From a virus, in IMG/VR virus record IMGVR_UViG_3300035698_010295, positions 13,668 through 77,667 of that record: a DNA stretch of 64,000 nucleotides; one strand, written 5' to 3'. The position numbers and the translations under genes were made by a program. The notes beneath the pieces were generated by a model. That model was not told the origin of the DNA. It saw only the letters and a program-made list of their open reading frames with translations, and ran no database searches. Below are positions 37,071 to 47,400 of this stretch, piece after piece. Numbering within the stretch: position 1 is the stretch's first letter; every line of letters begins with the position of its first letter.

Positions 37071-37966
37071 ATAAACTCCACGTGATTAGGCTCATTTTTT
37101 AAATTGTGGACAAACAAATTGTAATTATTAAAGGAACAAGCATTACAAATAGATCCATCGAATGTACTATTTAAATCAAACTCAGTCCAATGACACATAC
37201 GCATAACAGTTGGCATTTTACGCATCGCAACAATAGCATGTTGCATGGCACAGCAAGGGTATACATAACCGTCAGCTGATACTTGGGGTTTGAGTTTTGA
37301 AATATAACAAGGATTCATACCTTTAGTAGGTTCATTTTTTTTAATAAGGGCTATTGGACTATCATCAACAATCTGTTTAACTTCATTAATAGCATTAAAT
37401 TTAGTGCTAAATAAATCTTGAACAAAGCGTACATGTGTTAAATTAGGTATTTTGAGATTAGCTACCTGTTTTATTAAATCAAAATTAGGTTCATCAATAA
37501 CTGTAAAACTAATTCCTACATCAACATTTGGAATTAAATTACAAAATCTAATAATTTTAGCAACGTCATATTTTAAGACATTTGTAATTGACAATCTAAC
37601 CCAGGTACATGTAGACTTAATAATTTTAAAAGTATTTTTAATACTAAGACCATTAGTTATTAAACCTATTTTAGATGGTATATAAAACATCAATTCTTCA
37701 AAATTAGGGTGAATAGTAGGTTCTCCACCACCAGTTACAGTTACTCCTACAGTACCTAATTTATGAAAATGATCTATTATATCTTTAAGTTCTTGGATCG
37801 AAAATTCTAAACTACGGTCCACATCTTTACAAGAACACCATGAACAATTTGCATTGCACTTGTATGTTGGCATTAATTGTAGGTGCAAAGGCTTTAATAT
37901 TGTTAAATCATGGTGTAATAATTTCCAAGGTACAGCATTAGCTGATGTATAACTTTCTTTAAGCAT
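37067..37966 (-). CDS. radical SAM protein with SPASM/twitch-like C-terminus
   Basis: CNANCSWC, TGGGEP, ITNG, DGYVYPCC, CNAC. Confidence 0.88.
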   Translation of the reverse strand: MLKESYTSANAVPWKLLHHDLTILKPLHLQLMPTYKCNANCSWCSCKDVDRSLEFSIQELKDIIDHFHKLGTVGVTVTGGGEPTIHPNFEELMFYIPSKIGLITNGLSIKNTFKIIKSTCTWVRLSITNVLKYDVAKIIRFCNLIPNVDVGISFTVIDEPNFDLIKQVANLKIPNLTHVRFVQDLFSTKFNAINEVKQIVDDSPIALIKKNEPTKGMNPCYISKLKPQVSADGYVYPCCAMQHAIVAMRKMPTVMRMCHWTEFDLNSTFDGSICNACSFNNYNLFVHNLKNEPNHVEFI

Positions 37967-38639
37967 TTAAAACACCCCAATCTTTACCCACATTGCGTTG
38001 TATAGTACCCAAACGTTCTCTATATAACTTACCATTGGCTTTATAATCTGATTTTTTGTGCCCTAGATAAACTCGTTTATGATAAAGATGAAGACACCTC
38101 ATATTAGTTTGATATAATTGACACCCATTATCTAGTAGTCTATGTGACAAGTCAGTATCTTCAAAACCTCTACCAATAAAATCCTCATCATATCCACCTA
38201 TATCCATAAAGTCTGATCGACGTAATCCCCATAACCATGGTAAAATAGGACTTAAAAGTTCTAAATTCTCATTATAAATATTTACACCATCAGCACAATC
38301 TTGACAGTTAACAGTGGCTATAATTTTAGTGTCTATCACTTTAAACATAGCTGTTAGACAATCATCAATATGATATGTTTCAGGATTACTAAAAAATATA
38401 ATTTCTGAATCAATTTGTTTAACACCTATATTAAAAGCAAATCCAGGTACTCTCCATAATCTTGATTTTTTAGTCATAAGATAATCAGCATTAAACTGTT
38501 TACATATATCTTTAGTCTCATCATTAGCATTTTCATCTAAAATCAAAATGTGTATATCTGAGTATCTACGTATTGATTTTAAACCTTTAATTAATAAATT
38601 ATTTCTATTAAAAGTTGGTATTAGTAATGTGGCTTTCAA
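37959..38639 (-). CDS. GT2-family glycosyltransferase
   Basis: LIPTFNR, FNIGVK, IGGYDEDF, GFEDTDL, HLYH. Confidence 0.85.
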   Translation of the reverse strand: MKATLLIPTFNRNNLLIKGLKSIRRYSDIHILILDENANDETKDICKQFNADYLMTKKSRLWRVPGFAFNIGVKQIDSEIIFFSNPETYHIDDCLTAMFKVIDTKIIATVNCQDCADGVNIYNENLELLSPILPWLWGLRRSDFMDIGGYDEDFIGRGFEDTDLSHRLLDNGCQLYQTNMRCLHLYHKRVYLGHKKSDYKANGKLYRERLGTIQRNVGKDWGVLNA

Positions 38640-38679
38640 ACTATTTTCCTATCTAACGTATTATACATTAATAATTCCT

Positions 38680-39003
38680 TTAACCTTTAAGTCTACCAAG
38701 TTTACCCTTATAGGATATAATATTAGAGTATCCTAAATGTTCGAGTATAGTTAATCTATGATAACCATCTAAAAATTGATTAGTTTCATAAAATTTTATT
38801 GGCACTTTCATACCATCTTTTTTAATGTCTAAATATAACAATCTCCACTTCTCTGCATAAACTATTGCAACATCTTTTTCAAATCTTGATTGTGTGGGGT
38901 TTCTATTTTGTAGGTAATCAACATAAGAATTATTTAAATAATCACCATTTTTATCAATACAATATGTGCAAATATGCTTAGTATTTTCATTTTTCAAATA
39001 CAC
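38680..39003 (-). pseudogene. ParB-N-like C-terminal fragment
   Basis: DIKKDGMKVPI...DGYHRL resembles the C-terminus of 33844..34848; N-terminus supplied by the repeat. Confidence 0.5.
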
Positions 39004-39039
39004 CTAAAAAATAGAAACTAAATCGTTTTTTCATAATAT
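38964..39039. repeat. 76-bp direct repeat, copy 2
   Basis: Identical to 36757-36832. Confidence 0.9.
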
Positions 39040-39559
39040 GTTTAATTTTAATAAAATCAAATATCTCTTTGTTAATAAATAAATGCTCTGGGTGTGGTCT
39101 TTTTCTTCTTGGATGAGCTATAAACCACCTACCACCTGGTTTCAAAATTCTTTCACATTCTTCAAAACTTTGTACTAATTGATGAGTTGATGTGGCATGG
39201 TCAAAAGCTTCTAAAGAAAAAATACAATTTACTGATTCATTTTCAAATGGTAAACTATCAAAATTACCTTGGATAGGTGTTACTCCTGGTAGCATTTTAT
39301 ATAATTTTGAAAAATCATCCATAAGGAAATCATAAGCTATTTTCTTTTTACCGTCTTTTAAAGCTAAAAATATACCCCCATAAGGACCACTAGCTATATC
39401 AACAATAACATCATTAGGGTTTGGTTTTAATTTTTCATACTCTAAAGCTTTTAATAGATTTTTTTGACTTAATATATGCTCTTTTTTATCATAAGTAGTC
39501 CAATGTACATGTGCAAATTCTGGGTTCCAATCACTTGTTTGTTGTCTTATATCTTTCAT
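38987..39559 (-). CDS. class I SAM methyltransferase
   Basis: VDIASGP, LPFENESV, RILKPGG. Confidence 0.85.
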   Translation of the reverse strand: MKDIRQQTSDWNPEFAHVHWTTYDKKEHILSQKNLLKALEYEKLKPNPNDVIVDIASGPYGGIFLALKDGKKKIAYDFLMDDFSKLYKMLPGVTPIQGNFDSLPFENESVNCIFSLEAFDHATSTHQLVQSFEECERILKPGGRWFIAHPRRKRPHPEHLFINKEIFDFIKIKHIMKKRFSFYFLGVFEK

Positions 39560-40302
39560 TAAACTATCCTTTGACTACCATCAGTTTTACCAATCCAAGA
39601 AGGGTTAGGACATTTTGTACTCTTAGACATTTTTAATTCTTTCTGAAATTTCCTATAATTATTAAATCTATTACCACGATGTGCTGACCAAATGTAAGAA
39701 CCTCTCTTAAATTTTCCATCCATATATCCTTCTGAAATATTTATAAATTTTAAAGTATCTTTATATTTCATATAAGATAAATACAATTGCCGTTGATCAT
39801 CATAATAAACAACATAACCTTTATCCCACATCATATTATAATGATTTAAAAAATCACTTATATCTGAATTACAATCAGTGCAATTAACACCTATGATACC
39901 ATTAGATATTTGAGGGGGTTCTTGCTTTAAATGATCATCATTGATAATTAAACAAACATCACCAATTTTAATTTGTTCTTTGAGTTGATCGAGATTCTTT
40001 AAAAAAAGAACATCAGCGTTCATTACAAATATAAAATCATCTAATTGTTGCTCATAAACTTCAAGAAGAACTTTTGACACTCTGCACTGCATTTGCCTAC
40101 GCCAAATTGTATTGGGCATAGGAGCAATTTCATGATTTTTAATTATAACTTGTGGGTGTATTTTATTTAATCTTTTTATTTGACGTTGGGACAAACAAGC
40201 ACCTGAAATATAAACTTTTTCATCCGGCATAACTTTCTTTAATGAGATAAGAAATAATTCACCCCATTCAACATAATTATAATCTAAATGTGTGACTATC
40301 AT
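39559..40302 (-). CDS. GT-A glycosyltransferase-like protein
   Basis: VMNADVLF, SNGI, DDQ, WSAH. Confidence 0.6.
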   Translation of the reverse strand: MIVTHLDYNYVEWGELFLISLKKVMPDEKVYISGACLSQRQIKRLNKIHPQVIIKNHEIAPMPNTIWRRQMQCRVSKVLLEVYEQQLDDFIFVMNADVLFLKNLDQLKEQIKIGDVCLIINDDHLKQEPPQISNGIIGVNCTDCNSDISDFLNHYNMMWDKGYVVYYDDQRQLYLSYMKYKDTLKFINISEGYMDGKFKRGSYIWSAHRGNRFNNYRKFQKELKMSKSTKCPNPSWIGKTDGSQRIV

Positions 40303-40862
40303 TATTTAAAATCTCCAAAAATAACATAACCTTTGCAACCTAAAGTATCTATACCTTTGACATATTGGAACATTGCACTTTGCTCAATATTAATATATTT
40401 TTCTATTAGTGGATTAATTTTAGTGTGACTCACATTATCTTTATTTCTACCGTCATAACTAATTAAAATCTTACCATTGGGTTTTAAAATTCTTTTAAAT
40501 TCTGACAAAGCTTTATCATGATTTATTCTTGAATATTGGATAGCCCAACCACTAAAAATAAAGTCTATACTATTGGTCAGCAGTGAAAGATTTTCCATAT
40601 TTTCACATAAAAATTCTACATTTTTACCTACATAGGCGGATAAAATAACACTTCTAAATTGCTCATCTTTATCAATACAATACATTTTATCGAAACCAAA
40701 ATAACTACCATATCTATTACCCCCGGTCATCTCATATTCACCCAACACTTCACTATCTATATCAGTAGCACAACCTATATTAGCAACTACAGGAAAGTGT
40801 CTACCACGTAATAAGTCATGTATAAAATGATTAGATCTTATTCTAACTCTTAACCTGTTCAT
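40302..40862 (-). CDS. class I SAM methyltransferase
   Basis: NIGC, SIDFIFS, EFKRILKPNG. Confidence 0.8.
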   Translation of the reverse strand: MNRLRVRIRSNHFIHDLLRGRHFPVVANIGCATDIDSEVLGEYEMTGGNRYGSYFGFDKMYCIDKDEQFRSVILSAYVGKNVEFLCENMENLSLLTNSIDFIFSGWAIQYSRINHDKALSEFKRILKPNGKILISYDGRNKDNVSHTKINPLIEKYINIEQSAMFQYVKGIDTLGCKGYVIFGDFK

Positions 40863-41508
40863 AATACTCCTGAACTTTCTTGTGACCCCAATGTAAAATT
40901 ATTGGATTTTCAATCCCAATATTTTCTTTACAAACACACCATTGCGGTGCTAAAGTGTATAGTGGAATACATGCTTCTTTTTCAGCAAACCATAAAGACA
41001 TTGTACCACGAGTTGGTTTTTCAATAATTTGTTTACAGAAACTATCAATAAAATTTTGACACTTATTCTTATAATAAATTAATGGCGACGTATTATGTGC
41101 TGTAGCGTTTGTAAATTTTGTTTCATGTTTTTGTGAATTTCTGCCTATTAAATCATCTTTACCTACTAGTAATCTAGGACTTATAGGAGCACAAATTTTA
41201 AATTTCTCTGCTAAATCAAAACCTTGTGACCAATTATCATTCACAATACGCATGTCATCATCAAGGTAGAAAATAAGATCTTCTGTTAATTGTTCAGAAC
41301 CTTTAAGTCGCCAGTAATTAGATGCAGTCCAATTCTTATATGTACCTTGAAAAAAATTATCAACAACAATAGTTTTAGCTTCAGGGTGGGAGTTTTCCTC
41401 AAGGTCAGAAAATATATAGATTGGTAAATCTGTATATTTTCTAATGTTAATTATAAAAGATTTTAAATTTCTAATACCAAAAGCTGTTGTTATTATACAT
41501 CTTTGCAT
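40843..41508 (-). CDS. GT-A glycosyltransferase-like protein (paralog B)
   Basis: IYIFSD, YLDDDM, IILH; highly similar to 41508..42179. Confidence 0.65.
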   Translation of the reverse strand: MQRCIITTAFGIRNLKSFIINIRKYTDLPIYIFSDLEENSHPEAKTIVVDNFFQGTYKNWTASNYWRLKGSEQLTEDLIFYLDDDMRIVNDNWSQGFDLAEKFKICAPISPRLLVGKDDLIGRNSQKHETKFTNATAHNTSPLIYYKNKCQNFIDSFCKQIIEKPTRGTMSLWFAEKEACIPLYTLAPQWCVCKENIGIENPIILHWGHKKVQEYYEQVKS

Positions 41509-42179
41509 TAAATCAAGTTCTTATAATATGTTAAAACTTCCAAATGACCAGCATGTAAGATTATGGGATTTTCTATCCCAATATCTGACTCACAAACACA
41601 CCATTGTGGTGCTAAAGTGTAAATATTGTATTGAGTTACCTTTTGTGCAAACCACAAAGCCATAGGTCCTCTACAAGGGTTCTTGAGAAATAGTTCACAA
41701 TACTCTTTTATAAATACTAAATCTTTTTTATATATCAGAGGTGACATATTATGGATAGTAGCACATGGAAATCGTTTTTCGTGGTATTGTACATCTTGTC
41801 CTTTTAAATCATCTTTATACACTAACAATCTAGGACTTATTGGAATACAAAGGTTAAATTTTTCTGCTAGATCAAAACCTTGTACCCAATCATCATTTAC
41901 AATACGCATGTCATCATCAAGATAAAAAATAAGATCTTCTTCAAGTTGTTCAGAACCTTTAAATCGCCAGTAATCAGAAGCTCTGTAATTTCTATGTATA
42001 CCATAAAATTGATTATGAACAATGATAGTTTTAGCTTCAGGATGACTGTTAGCATCTATATCAGAAAATATATAAATCGGTAAACCAGAATATTTTCTAA
42101 TGTTAGTAATTAAAGGCTTAACATCACGAGGACCATAAGCTGTTGTTACAAAGCATTTTTGCATTTTTGCCAATTCCAT
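41508..42179 (-). CDS. GT-A glycosyltransferase-like protein (paralog A)
   Basis: IYIFSD, YLDDDM, IILH. Confidence 0.65.
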   Translation of the reverse strand: MELAKMQKCFVTTAYGPRDVKPLITNIRKYSGLPIYIFSDIDANSHPEAKTIIVHNQFYGIHRNYRASDYWRFKGSEQLEEDLIFYLDDDMRIVNDDWVQGFDLAEKFNLCIPISPRLLVYKDDLKGQDVQYHEKRFPCATIHNMSPLIYKKDLVFIKEYCELFLKNPCRGPMALWFAQKVTQYNIYTLAPQWCVCESDIGIENPIILHAGHLEVLTYYKNLI

Positions 42180-42871
42180 ATTTCAGTTGGGTTATTACAA
42201 ATTGCATCGGGCAGCCAACCTTCATAGATCAATAGTTTCAAGCGGCTTTTAAGATGTAAGACAATAGCTTTATTTTCAAGATAAGCTTCCTTCATTAGTT
42301 TTGCTGATTCTGTGCAATAATTATACTTCTCACCAACGTCCACAATTTTAAGGTCTATTTCATGACGATCAATCCAACAAGCATTAAGAAAATCTTGATC
42401 CACCATCCAATCATGACCATATTTATGTTTGCTTAGTTTTCTAAATGCTAACCATGATGGTCTATTAATTTGATTAAGTTCTTCTTGAATTAGTGATCTA
42501 GTTTTCTTAGAATTACATAAAAAGAAAATTCCACCATTAACTGGTTTCCGGTGTTTTCGTATCGTAATACCAAGATCAAAGTTGTTATTAAAAGCAGTGA
42601 AAGGATCAGCAAGAAAATACAAGTCAACATCAGCTACTAAAATCTGATCCCAATCTTTTAATGAACACATAAAATCATAAAGACATTCTATTTTACAAAG
42701 CATACGTCTGCCTGTAATTTGAGTGTCTTTAATTCTGTGACTATGTTCAAAATTATCGGTGTCAGAATACACATGAATCTCAGCATCAGAATATTTTTTT
42801 AATGTGTTAATAGCTGTTTCTATATTATCATTATTAGTGACCCGACTATAAAACATAAAACAATAATTCAT
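42146..42871 (-). CDS. nucleotide-diphospho-sugar transferase (GT8/GT77-like)
   Basis: ADVDLYF, VNGG, DQDFLN, YN, LHLK. Confidence 0.75.
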   Translation of the reverse strand: MNYCFMFYSRVTNNDNIETAINTLKKYSDAEIHVYSDTDNFEHSHRIKDTQITGRRMLCKIECLYDFMCSLKDWDQILVADVDLYFLADPFTAFNNNFDLGITIRKHRKPVNGGIFFLCNSKKTRSLIQEELNQINRPSWLAFRKLSKHKYGHDWMVDQDFLNACWIDRHEIDLKIVDVGEKYNYCTESAKLMKEAYLENKAIVLHLKSRLKLLIYEGWLPDAICNNPTEIWNWQKCKNAL

Positions 42872-43467
42872 AAATTTAATTTCCTTGCTGCTCTGCTAGC
42901 TTGAAAATGCTCAATGATTGGTGTTTTAACATCCATTAAATCAAAGATTTTACAATATTCCGGTGGTAGTTTATATTGTGTAATTTCAGCGTGATCTTTA
43001 ATCATAGAATTAAACACTAAAGCAGATCTTCTAGATTCAATCTTACAACGGGTACGCCATTCTTTCATAAGTTCTATTGTATTAATATTTTTTCTAATAA
43101 AAAATGTACCCATTAAAGTTTCTTTATTTTTAAACAAATGATAAGCTATATCTTCTTGTATCTCATTAAAAATTTCTGGAAAACTATATACACGTGCATC
43201 AGCATCCAGACTTAATAGTGGCTCATCAAACTTTTCAAACATATCTAAAATAAACTGTGGCCTATACTTAGCACAAGCTTTCCAACTACCTAACCTGGAA
43301 ATTTTGCGTATGGAAAATTTCATATCTAATTTTTTGAGGTCATCTATTAATAATTGCACTTGCTTACTATAAAGCTTATCATCAGTATAATAACACACAA
43401 CTCTAAATTGCTGATCATCTCTTGGCATCATATCTCCCAAAAGTTGAAGCACTTGTATCAATAACAC
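42868..43467 (-). CDS. GT-A glycosyltransferase
   Basis: LDADA, LPPEYC, IEHFQASR. Confidence 0.7.
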   Translation of the reverse strand: MLLIQVLQLLGDMMPRDDQQFRVVCYYTDDKLYSKQVQLLIDDLKKLDMKFSIRKISRLGSWKACAKYRPQFILDMFEKFDEPLLSLDADARVYSFPEIFNEIQEDIAYHLFKNKETLMGTFFIRKNINTIELMKEWRTRCKIESRRSALVFNSMIKDHAEITQYKLPPEYCKIFDLMDVKTPIIEHFQASRAARKLNL

Positions 43468-44299
43468 AATTATTAACTGCTTCAGTATAATTTATAGTTG
43501 GTAAAGATTCACTCAATCTTGTACCTTGAGCATCAAAAAGTTGAAGACCTACTTTTTTTAACTCTGGTTGAATATCTTTAAAAAATTTAAGCAGTTTACT
43601 AAATGATGTATTATTAGTTTTAACAGAGCCAGTACCTTTAATCTCAGAAAAACAGTAGGGTTGTCTAGGGTTCATTTCAAAATCTGCACCAATAATATAT
43701 ATTGTGCGGAATCCTAAGACATAGAGAATATGTATAGCAGCTAACATTGAGCAACGAGTATTACCACATTCTTTAGTTGTGTTCCAACCTATATCATCAT
43801 CATTAAACCAACCATCAAGTTCTGCCCTAACATTTCGTTTAATGTATATAACGTTAGGGCTAGTGTGTACTAAATGAGTTGAACTATCATGATCATTAAA
43901 ATATGGTTTACTAATATGCCTTAAATTCACAAATTTCATTATTTTAGGATCTTTAAAAATTGATGACATAAATTTTCTAGGGCTATCCATTGCCGTCCAA
44001 AAATTAGACCTAAATGAATGACCACCATTATTAATAGTCATAGTCATAACTCCAGGTTGATACAATAAATCAAGATTTAGTGTGTTACGGCTGGGGCCAT
44101 TACATAATAGAAAGACTTTTTGGTCTTTCCAAAGATCTGTTAAATCGATTATTTCTACCTTATTTCGATAAAATTTCATTGATGTTATCCATAGATTGTC
44201 GGGACATTGGTTTAGTTTGTCTACACGGCCAGCTAATAAACAATATAAGTTAGCTCTTTTAATATAAGATTTAGTACAATCACCACAATTCATCATCAC
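43415..44299 (-). CDS. MAF_flag10/MptE-like Rossmannoid transferase
   Basis: LLCNGPS, TINN, LGFRTIYIIGADF. Confidence 0.6.
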   Translation of the reverse strand: MMMNCGDCTKSYIKRANLYCLLAGRVDKLNQCPDNLWITSMKFYRNKVEIIDLTDLWKDQKVFLLCNGPSRNTLNLDLLYQPGVMTMTINNGGHSFRSNFWTAMDSPRKFMSSIFKDPKIMKFVNLRHISKPYFNDHDSSTHLVHTSPNVIYIKRNVRAELDGWFNDDDIGWNTTKECGNTRCSMLAAIHILYVLGFRTIYIIGADFEMNPRQPYCFSEIKGTGSVKTNNTSFSKLLKFFKDIQPELKKVGLQLFDAQGTRLSESLPTINYTEAVNNCVIDTSASTFGRYDAKR

Positions 44300-44447
44300 A
44301 CTCGGCTTGTTTAAATAAACACTTAAGCATCATAAAACAATGACACTCTTTACAAAAGTAACCTGAACATTTTTTACAAATTCTTAGTCTTTTAAGATAA
44401 ACTTGTACATTACTAAAAGGGTCTAAATTTAGTATAGCATGATACAT
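44280..44447 (-). CDS. small Cys-rich protein
   Basis: RLRICKKC...CKECHCFM..K...C; start reassigned to MYHAIL. Confidence 0.5.
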   Translation of the reverse strand: MYHAILNLDPFSNVQVYLKRLRICKKCSGYFCKECHCFMMLKCLFKQAECDDELW

Positions 44448-44451
44448 AAAC

Positions 44452-47400
44452 CTAAACAGTTGGTTTACGATAGTTATAATAATCACAATATATTTCCCAA
44501 GGCTCTTCAGTTGGAGCAACAGATGTTTTACGACCATTGTACTTACCATAATTAGGTGGACTAGCACTATCTTTTGTTCTCATTTTATAAGTATACAATC
44601 TCATTGGGTCTAAACTAAAATTATAATCACTGAGTACTCTGAGTTTGGTAACAGTAGGTATGTATTTTGCAGGTGTTTCATTTGAATCATAATTAAGCCT
44701 AACTTGAACAACAATAGCTGATGCATAAGTACAAACACCAACCCTCCATTTAGCATTAACATCATAAAGTTCTACAATATCACCCCATGCAATTTCAGAG
44801 TTTGTACAACTAAAATCTACTTGTGTGTCACTATAGAAAGCTTGTGAACTAACAGACAACCATGGACCAAAAAAGTGTTGTATTGGTAAATTAGCAGCCG
44901 TTACTGTTTGACTTTTTGATGTGGTAGCAGATTGGACAACATCATTTATAGTTGACGTATACCACACTGGTGGATTACCACCAACATCCTCACAACTTAC
45001 TACTTCCATACTAGCTTTAAGTTCAAATCGTGAACCAGTATATTCCCAATAATACCAAGGTAATACTCGCCATGGCGGTGGATTGGGTATTGGTGGCCAA
45101 ATATCGTCAAACGGATTTGTGGGTGGTTCTATAGCGTTCCATGTATCACGAGTCCATACATCTTCTGGTACAAGTTCCCAGTCAATTTCAAAAATAAAAT
45201 GATCATTATTGGATACAGTGCAATTAAATATCTCTTGCATTAGACACTGTGTTGATGTGACAGTTCCCATACCACCAGCTAATGAACCTGTGTTTGTTGC
45301 ACTAAAGTCCATAAATGGCCATTCTGGGATATATAACCTATAAAATTGTGAGCTACCTACTTCCATTCCAACGTAGGCATAATATTCTATTGGTGTATCA
45401 GTCGTATCTCCTGTCGCAAATCCATGATTAGTTGTAGCACCATGGGAGTCATTCCAAGCTCCCGTTCCTTCGGTATCCCAATACTTCAGCTTAATAAGTA
45501 TTGATTCTGAATTTAGTGCCTCAGCAACATGCTGAGCGGCCCGCACCGCAGTTTGATATTCAAATGCTTGCGCCCAGGGCATCCAATATGGTGGCCAACC
45601 AAGACCAACATATTGCCCCACAGCATAAGAAAAATCGTGTGTATGCGATGGTGTATATGCAATCCAATATCCTCTTTGCTGTTTAGTATGTGATGGTGAA
45701 TGCCATGCTCCTGTATAAATATGACTAAAATCAGCAGGAGGGGTATACGAATCCCAATCATCAGGATTAGATGGGAACATTGTTGTGAGGATTTTAGATG
45801 AATTATGATGTGCTGTAGGTTCTACAGGTGTTGATCCATTAAAATTATTTACAATAACCAATGAACGACTCTCTAGTCCAACATCATATTTCTGCCATTT
45901 TGCTAGCTTTAGAAGTTCATGCATCTCTTGGACTAATTCAACTTTTAAAGTATAAACATCATGTCTAGTGTAAGTATCATCATCTTCATCATGTTCATAA
46001 ACTATCTCAATAGGATCATGACGCTGTGAAAGATGATGACTGCCTGACAGTTTAATGTTAGGAACATTAAGTCCACCACCATTAGATATATAATCTAAAC
46101 CAGATTCATCAAGATTAACATTAACTTTAACATAGGTATAACCTAAAGCAAAAAAAGTTTGAGAAGTATCTGGTGGCACAGTATCTTGATACCAGACATC
46201 TATAACATCCACAGCGTCAGCAGAAACCATCCGTTTCCAACCACTGTGTGATAGAAAGACTACACCGCCCTTTAAGATATAATTTGTTTTATCACCGCTT
46301 ATTTTAACTACACAATAGGCTGTCTCATATATAACCTTATCTGTATCTAATACTTTTATATGCCCTTTAGCTTTTCCAATATAATAAACATCATAAGACC
46401 ACTCTGTGAAATATGTTATATGTAGTGCATTTTCAGTGAACCAATCACCATCTTGATACCAAGCATAATAAATACTAGTATCTGGGCTGGCAGCATGATT
46501 TTCTGTGTATCTACCAGCATAACCGGCTGTATCAACATAATCATCACCATCAGGTGGTGCACCTAACTCATAAGGACGCATATATTTACGTGAAACTCTA
46601 CCCAAAGAATTTTGCCATGTTGGCCTCCAACATGCGACTGGTTTAGGTAGGGCTGTATCCACAGCATCTGTATCGGCAGGATTCCAACTAGAGGCATTAG
46701 CCCTAAGACTAACATTACCAATACCATAACTTCTGGCATCAGCACGACCTGCCACTGTGCCCCAGGCTGTATATGGTTTTGCGGTGTCGAAGTACCAATC
46801 ATGCTTATAAGTATAACCTGACCCTACTGTATAGGAAGCTGATTGTTTATATGCTAACATTGCTTCAAAACCACTTTCATGATATCCAAGTAATGGGCTT
46901 TTAATATCAATAAGATTTTCCCAGGCTGAATTTTGTGAAGTCCAATTTTCGGAAGAATTCTTACAAAACAATTGATACTGTTCATAATTATTACCATAAT
47001 TAGACCAGTCATTGCTTCCAGATGTACTTATTGGCAACCTAAGTGAAAGTGTGCTTAATATAGCTTCAATGTGGTTTTGATAACCGCCATACATTTTAGG
47101 ATTCCACAAACCTTGAAAAAGTTCGGGTTCTGGATTTCCTGTTTGTCCATTTAATTTACCATGTTGACCACCATATCCAGCAGAATAATTACTTTGCCCA
47201 GAAGAAGAATGACCATATTGATTTGCGTACACTTGCTGACTCTGATGAAACTTTAATATTGAATCACCAGAAACTGCAATATTAGTGCGTGTCCATCCAG
47301 ACCTAAAATCAAAAACAGGTCCAAGATAATCTGGGTCTGTTATTATTTTAGAATCAAATGGTATTTTTTCTTTATATTGCCAGTGTGGAATGTTAACATC

